From Polyangiaceae bacterium (GTDB taxonomy: Bacteria > Myxococcota_A > Polyangia > Polyangiales > Polyangiaceae): a DNA stretch of 64,000 nt. Below, one piece after another: positions 58,656 through 64,000 of this stretch (positions within the stretch are counted from its first letter, which is position 1; each line of letters begins with the position of its first letter). The stretch is from assembly GCA_050287085.1 (NCBI GenBank), contig JBNKBE010000014.1, positions 64,001 through 128,000 of the forward strand, read 5' to 3'. Below the pieces are notes generated by a model, which was not told the origin of the DNA, did not search any database, and worked only from the letters and a program-made list of their open reading frames with translations. The position numbers and the translations under genes were made by a program.

Positions 58656-58988
58656 TCATACCAGAGAGCTGCACCGGCAACGCTGGTCTTTTCCCTACCC
58701 GGGGTTTGTGCTGCAACCCACTTCCTTGACCCATGGGACGCAAGGCTAGCCCGCGCCCAGCGCGCGCGCCAGTACGGGTCTGTTGTGGGGTCCATTTCAC
58801 CAGGGCGCAAGGGTGCCCCGGTCAGGCGACCCATCGCGCCCCGTGCAACCCAAGCCCAAAGACCGTGGAGTGTGTCGGGTGATGCCGGCTCGAAACACAT
58901 CGGCCTGGGATTCCAGCCGCATCCGAGAGCCGGCCCCCACATCACGAGGGTTGACGGCCCTCGGCAAACGTCAGGTACCCTGCACGCG

Positions 58989-61634
58989 ATGAAAGGCATT
59001 CCAGAGCAACTTCGCAATGATGTTCGGGTCCTGGGGTCACTGCTCGGCGACATTCTCAAGGAGCAAGCAAGCCTCACGATCTTCGAGCGGGTCGAGCAGG
59101 TGCGCGCTCTCGCAAAGCGGGCCCGTGATGGCGACACTCGGGCCGCGGAAACCTTGGCGGGAACGCTTTCCGCTCTGCCCATCTCTGAAGCCCTTCCCGT
59201 GGCTCGCGCGTTTTCCCTATTCCTCACTCTGGCCAACATCGCCGAGGCCCACCACGGTCTGAGGGCGCCGGAGGCCGGTGATGCCGACGGTTCTTTCGCC
59301 CACGACGCCGACAAGACCTTCGCCGCGATGCTGGCCAACGGCGTCAGCGCCGATGAACTGCACGACACCGTATCTAGGCTCAACGTCGAGCTCGTGCTCA
59401 CAGCCCACCCAACCCAAGTGGTACGCCGCACTCTGCTGCGCAAGTACAACGTGCTCGCGGATCTGCTTGCTGAGCGAGACTCGCGACAGGATCCGTGGCT
59501 TGCGGTAGACGAACAAGACGAAGCCCTGGAACGAGAGATCACTTCGATCTGGGACACGGACGAAGTGATGCGCAAGAAGCCAACACCCGTGGACGAGGCG
59601 CGAGGTGGACTTGCCGTTCTCGAGCAAGTGGTGTGGCATGCACTGCCTGTCTGGATGCGCCGTCTAGACACTTCGCTTCGTACCCACACCGGACGCGGGT
59701 TGCCGCTCGAAAGTGCCCCGGTACGCTTCGGCTCGTGGATGGGTGGCGATCGTGATGGCAACCCCAACGTTTCGCCTGAAACGACACTCCGAGCGTCATG
59801 GCTCGGTCGCTGGATGGCAGCCGACCTTTTTTACAAGGAGATCAATGCGCTGCGCGACGAGCTCTCGACCCGAGCCTGCAGCGCGGAACTGCGAGCGCTG
59901 GTCGGTGATAGCAACGAGCCGTATCGCGACCTGCTTCGCGACGTACGGCAGCGCTTGCGCAACACGCGCGAGAGGATGCAGCGCCTGCTCGACGGCAAGA
60001 AGCCCGACGACGAGCCCTACTACGCCAAGGAAGCCGAACTCCGAGATCAGTTGCTGCTTTGCTACCATTCCTTGTGCAGCGTTGGCCAGGAGGTGGTGGC
60101 CCGCGGTCGCTTGCTCGACGCACTGCGGAGACTGTCTTGCTTTGGACTGACTATGGTACGTCTTGATCTCCGTCAGGAAAGTACCCGACACACGGAAGCT
60201 ATCGCTTGCATCACCCAGCACCTGGGCTTGGGTGACTACTCGCAGTGGGACGAAGCCAAACGACAAGAGTTTCTCGTGGCCGAGCTCGAGAATCGGCGCC
60301 CGCTCATCCCCTGGGATCTGCAAGCACCAGCAAGCGTGGTGGATGTGCTCGATACCTTCAGGGTAGCCAAAGAGATCGGCCCCGACGCTCTCGGCGCGTA
60401 CGTCATTTCGATGGCCCGCCAGCCCTCCGACGTGTTGGCCGTCGAGCTTCTACAGAAAGCGGTCGGCAACACCACCCCCCAGCGAGTGGCCCCACTATTT
60501 GAGACCGTGGATGATCTCGATAGCGCGGCCAGTACTATGCGACAGCTGTACAGCATTCCTTGGTACCGCCGCCGGATTGGCGGTTCACAGGAGATCATGA
60601 TTGGATACTCCGACTCCGCGAAGGACGGGGGGCGACTGGCCGCCAATTGGGCTTTGTACCAAGCCCAGGAAGAGGTGGTAGCGGTGTGCGAGGAGTTCAA
60701 CATTCACCCAACCCTCTTTCACGGCCGAGGTGGAACGGTCGCGCGAGGCGGAGGCCCGACGCATCTTGCCATTCAGTCGCAACCAGCCGGCTCGATCAAG
60801 GGCACGTTGCGAGTTACTGAACAAGGCGAAATGATCCAAGCCAAGTTCGGCAACCCACGGGTCACGGTGCGCACCTTGGAAACATACGTCGCTGCGACCG
60901 TCGAAGCGACGTTGGCACCTCCTCGGAAGCCAGAACCCGCGTGGCGCGCGCGCATGGAAGTGCTCGCCGATACGTCGTGCGATGCCTACCGCGCCGTCGT
61001 CCGTGAGGAGCCTCGCTTCGTCGAGTACTTTCGCCAGGTAACGCCCGAAGTGGAGCTCGGCTCCTTGAACATCGGCAGCCGCCCGGCCCGCCGCCGAAAG
61101 AGCGGTGGCATCGAGACATTGCGCGCGATTCCGTGGATCTTCGCCTGGACGCAGAATCGCCTCTGCTTGCCCTCGTGGCTGGGTGTAGGCGACGCGTTGG
61201 GACAGGCTATCGCTGACGGACATCTCGATGAGCTGCAGCAGATGCGACAGCACTGGCCGTTCTTCCGTTCCACTCTGGACTTGATCGAGATGGTCGTTGC
61301 CAAGGCGGATCCGAGCCCTTCGGTCTTCTACGATCGCACTTTGGTACGAGAAGAACTGCGTCCCTTTGGGGACGAGCTACGCGGCAAGCTGGGGGCAACC
61401 GTGAGCGCCGTGCTCAAAGTCACGGGGCATACCGAACTGCTCGAAGACTACGGGGTGGGCACTCATGGTCTTCGACTTCGCGACCGATACATGGACCCCC
61501 TCAACGTATTGCAGGCGGAGTTGCTACGACGTCTCCGTGCGCAGCCCGAAGACAGCCCACCAGATCCGAAACTGTGGGAGGCGTTTGTGGTGACGGTCAA
61601 TGGCGTCGCCGCAGGCATGCGCAACACGGGCTGA
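58989..61634 (+). CDS. ppc: Phosphoenolpyruvate carboxylase
   Basis: LTAHPT, SWMGGDRDGNP, MIGYSDSAKDGG, FHGRGGTVARGGGP, LRAIPW, C-terminal GMRNTG. Start ATG 58989. Confidence 0.98.
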   Translation: MKGIPEQLRNDVRVLGSLLGDILKEQASLTIFERVEQVRALAKRARDGDTRAAETLAGTLSALPISEALPVARAFSLFLTLANIAEAHHGLRAPEAGDADGSFAHDADKTFAAMLANGVSADELHDTVSRLNVELVLTAHPTQVVRRTLLRKYNVLADLLAERDSRQDPWLAVDEQDEALEREITSIWDTDEVMRKKPTPVDEARGGLAVLEQVVWHALPVWMRRLDTSLRTHTGRGLPLESAPVRFGSWMGGDRDGNPNVSPETTLRASWLGRWMAADLFYKEINALRDELSTRACSAELRALVGDSNEPYRDLLRDVRQRLRNTRERMQRLLDGKKPDDEPYYAKEAELRDQLLLCYHSLCSVGQEVVARGRLLDALRRLSCFGLTMVRLDLRQESTRHTEAIACITQHLGLGDYSQWDEAKRQEFLVAELENRRPLIPWDLQAPASVVDVLDTFRVAKEIGPDALGAYVISMARQPSDVLAVELLQKAVGNTTPQRVAPLFETVDDLDSAASTMRQLYSIPWYRRRIGGSQEIMIGYSDSAKDGGRLAANWALYQAQEEVVAVCEEFNIHPTLFHGRGGTVARGGGPTHLAIQSQPAGSIKGTLRVTEQGEMIQAKFGNPRVTVRTLETYVAATVEATLAPPRKPEPAWRARMEVLADTSCDAYRAVVREEPRFVEYFRQVTPEVELGSLNIGSRPARRRKSGGIETLRAIPWIFAWTQNRLCLPSWLGVGDALGQAIADGHLDELQQMRQHWPFFRSTLDLIEMVVAKADPSPSVFYDRTLVREELRPFGDELRGKLGATVSAVLKVTGHTELLEDYGVGTHGLRLRDRYMDPLNVLQAELLRRLRAQPEDSPPDPKLWEAFVVTVNGVAAGMRNTG

Positions 61635-61734
61635 GGTCGCGCGGCCCTCGCCGGACACCAGCCTGCGGCAAGTGGGGCTGGTTCCGGTGGTGCGCGAGCG
61701 CCTCCGCCGTCAGAGCCACCGGGCTGCTCCCAGG

Positions 61735-62367
61735 TCAGTCCGCAGATGTCGCGACTACTGCGCGCAAGCTGTCAATGATGGGCGAAAGGACTGCGCGCCG
61801 AAGCTTGTACAGACTTCGATTGGCGATCAACACGCTGGAAATGTCGCAGATGGTTTCGACCACCTCGAGCTTGTTCTCCCGAAGGGTGGAGCCAGTTTCC
61901 ACGATGTCGACAATGACATCGGAAAGACCGACCAAAGGGGCGAGTTCAACCGAGCCCTGAATGAAGATCACTTCTGACTGCACCCCTTTGCGCGCGAAGT
62001 GTTCAGTCGCAATGCGGGGATACTTTGTCGCAATGCGAGGCAGATCCGGAACGGCTCTTCCCTCCGGTGCGGCTACCACCATCCGACACTTACCGATCCC
62101 CAAGTCGACCGGTTGATACAGACTGTAGCCCCGTTCACCCAAGGTATCGCGGCCGCTGATTCCAAGCTCTGCGGCCCCGTACTCGACATACGTTGGGACG
62201 TCATCGGGCTTCAGCATCAAAAAGCGCAAACGACCATCGCGGCTCTCGCGAACTAGATTGCGGTCATCGCTCAGCAGACACTCACAGTCGAGGCCAGCTC
62301 GAGACAGGAGCGGCACTAGTACCTTGTTGATACGCCCCTTGGGCACGGCAATCGTAACGGGTTTCAT
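61735..62367 (-). CDS. hisG: ATP phosphoribosyltransferase, short form
   Basis: [37 protein letters not shown]; 210 aa with no regulatory domain. Confidence 0.96.
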   Translation of the reverse strand: MKPVTIAVPKGRINKVLVPLLSRAGLDCECLLSDDRNLVRESRDGRLRFLMLKPDDVPTYVEYGAAELGISGRDTLGERGYSLYQPVDLGIGKCRMVVAAPEGRAVPDLPRIATKYPRIATEHFARKGVQSEVIFIQGSVELAPLVGLSDVIVDIVETGSTLRENKLEVVETICDISSVLIANRSLYKLRRAVLSPIIDSLRAVVATSAD

Positions 62368-63635
62368 GGCGTGGCCTCATGCAACTGAATGCGCTCGACG
62401 CGAGCGCCAGCGCCTGACAACTTGAGCTCTATTCGCTCGTAGCCGCGGTCGAGATGATAGACGCGACGCACCACAGTCTCCCCCTCTGCCACCAACCCGG
62501 CGATCACGAGCGATGCGCTGGCGCGCAGGTCCGTAGCCATCACGCTTGCGCCCTCAAGCGGAAACCCGCCGTCCACCAACGCCACGTTCTTGCGGGTATC
62601 GATATGAGCACCCATGCGCCGCAGCTCCGGTACATGCATGAAACGGTTCTCAAAGATCGTCTCCGTCAGAACCGCCCGACCTTGCGCCGCACAGGCCATC
62701 GCCATGAATTGCGCCTGCATGTCGGTCGGAAATCCTGGATGCGGTGCAGTCGTCACGTCCACAGCGCGAAGTGGCCCCTCGCGCACAACACGCGTATCGT
62801 TGCCTTCGGCTTCGACCACGAGCCCGGCTTCTCGCAGCTTGAGTACAACCGGTTCGAGATCGGCCAAGGGTGCGTTCTTCAGCAAGACATTCCCCCCCGC
62901 GGCCCCGACCGCCGTCATAAAGGTCCCAGCTTCGATGCGATCGGCGATCACCGCGTGATCGTAGCCGGCGAGCTCTGAGCGCCCTTCGATCTCGATCACG
63001 GTGCTGCCGGCGCCGCGAATGACAGCGCCCATCTTGGTCAACACGGTCGCCAGTTCACGTATCTCCGGCTCCCGAGCGCAGTTGACCAAAGTGGTCTTCC
63101 CTTCGGCCAGGCAAGCCGCCATCATCAGGTTCTCCGTGCCCCCCACCGTCGGCAGATCGAAAGCGTATTCAGCTCCCCGAAGGCGCTTGGCGGTGGCTGT
63201 GATGTAGCCATGCTCAACGCTGATCGAAGCCCCCAAAGCCTGCAATCCCTTGAGATGTAGGTCGACGGGGCGCGCGCCAATCGCGCACCCCCCGGGAAGG
63301 CTCACTTTCGCGGTGCCGTAGCGCGCCAGCAAGGGGCCCAGCACCAGCACGCTCGCCCGCATCTGGCGTACCAGTTCATAAGGAGCTTCCGGACGGACCG
63401 TGCCCGCTACGGGACGAGACTCGACCCGCGGACAATCCACAGAGACCTCACGCCCCAAAAAGCGAAGCAACGCTGACGTCGTCTGGATATCGCGCAGCGC
63501 TGGCACGTTGGTCAGTCGGCAGCCGTCATCGCTAAGCAGCATCGCACATAGGATCGGCAGCGCGGCGTTCTTGGCGCCGCCCACGGGAATGGTGCCGCGC
63601 AGCGCCGGGCCGCCGATCACTCGAATTGCGTCCAT
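62364..63635 (-). CDS. murA: UDP-N-acetylglucosamine 1-carboxyvinyltransferase
   Basis: [30 protein letters not shown] (active-site Cys), [21 protein letters not shown] overlap with hisG. Confidence 0.98.
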   Translation of the reverse strand: MDAIRVIGGPALRGTIPVGGAKNAALPILCAMLLSDDGCRLTNVPALRDIQTTSALLRFLGREVSVDCPRVESRPVAGTVRPEAPYELVRQMRASVLVLGPLLARYGTAKVSLPGGCAIGARPVDLHLKGLQALGASISVEHGYITATAKRLRGAEYAFDLPTVGGTENLMMAACLAEGKTTLVNCAREPEIRELATVLTKMGAVIRGAGSTVIEIEGRSELAGYDHAVIADRIEAGTFMTAVGAAGGNVLLKNAPLADLEPVVLKLREAGLVVEAEGNDTRVVREGPLRAVDVTTAPHPGFPTDMQAQFMAMACAAQGRAVLTETIFENRFMHVPELRRMGAHIDTRKNVALVDGGFPLEGASVMATDLRASASLVIAGLVAEGETVVRRVYHLDRGYERIELKLSGAGARVERIQLHEATP

Positions 63636-63897
63636 GGCCGCACGCATATCAGATCGACCGCTGGCGCCCAAAGGAATGAACGGACGAGCTCGACCTGTTG
63701 AATCGGGTCCCCGATGGCTCGGCGGGAGGCGCCAGGATCCTCGGCCGGTCGCTCAACGCCCCCCCGCCGGCCTCGAAGTCGCTGGCTCAATACCCGAGTT
63801 CGGAGCTAGACCCAAGAGCATGCGGCAGGCGGCGTGGAGTCACGAGAGCAAAGGCGTGCCGCCTCCCGGGGGCGCGAAGCGGCGCCCCCACGAGCCA

Positions 63898-64000
63898 ATG
63901 CGAGCCTCGGCCCAGACCTCGGGCCGCCGGTGCAAGCGTGCCCGCGTCGCCGTTGCCCGCGTCGCAGTCGCCCTCATCGTCGTGGCCCGCGTCGCACTCG
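63898..64000 (+). CDS. Possible 5' end of a secreted protein, truncated by the window edge
   Basis: ATG 63898 opens MRASAQTSGRRCKRARVAVARVAVALIVVARVAL, a basic then hydrophobic segment built from 15-bp repeats. Confidence 0.3.
   Translation, partial: MRASAQTSGRRCKRARVAVARVAVALIVVARVAL

Noticed and set aside
58640..59767. 375-aa minus-strand ORF and other long antisense ORFs (e.g. 45101-46093, 43521-44453, 56464-57288, 24443-25255)
   Set aside because: Shadow ORFs opposite well-supported genes; Ser/Arg/Ala-rich translations are expected in high-GC DNA.
61735..62367. Truncated hisG pseudogene
   Set aside because: The length matches the established short-form HisG that works with HisZ; motifs are intact.

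Overview
GC-rich (roughly 60-65% by eye) chromosomal window, very likely from a myxobacterium (Myxococcota, Polyangiales-like). That placement is inferred from the giant TPR protein, Cys-rich lipoproteins, fibro-slime, FHA and HDOD-GGDEF genes, and murA-hisG linkage. Housekeeping genes (dapA, ribA, carB, rbgA, miaE, purA, ppc, hisG, murA) are interspersed with many envelope and signalling genes. I saw no rRNA, tRNA, CRISPR array, integrase or transposase. Most interesting: (1) a tightly coupled six-gene operon at 53.3-57.8 kb encoding a TPR/winged-helix protein, an orphan ParA ATPase, two Roadblock/LC7-like proteins, a tandem-V4R protein and a small protein, which looks like an uncharacterised spatial-signalling module with no ParB and no MglA-type GTPase; (2) a ribA / RibD-reductase-only / radical SAM / dehydrogenase / flippase-like / LtaS-like cluster at 10.4-16.9 kb that does not look like a riboflavin operon; (3) two copies of a ~170-bp MITE/REP-like element flanking a Cys-rich lipoprotein gene that has a 5-unit direct-repeat array upstream; (4) an orphan FliJ/SctO-like gene coupled to a TPR lytic transglycosylase; (5) an S55 protease with catalytic motifs in permuted order, next to a beta-propeller gene; (6) a small conserved-looking protein co-transcribed with comEA. 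All calls come from reading motifs by eye; no database searches were run. Several start codons were moved from the ORF-track start to a more plausible downstream start.
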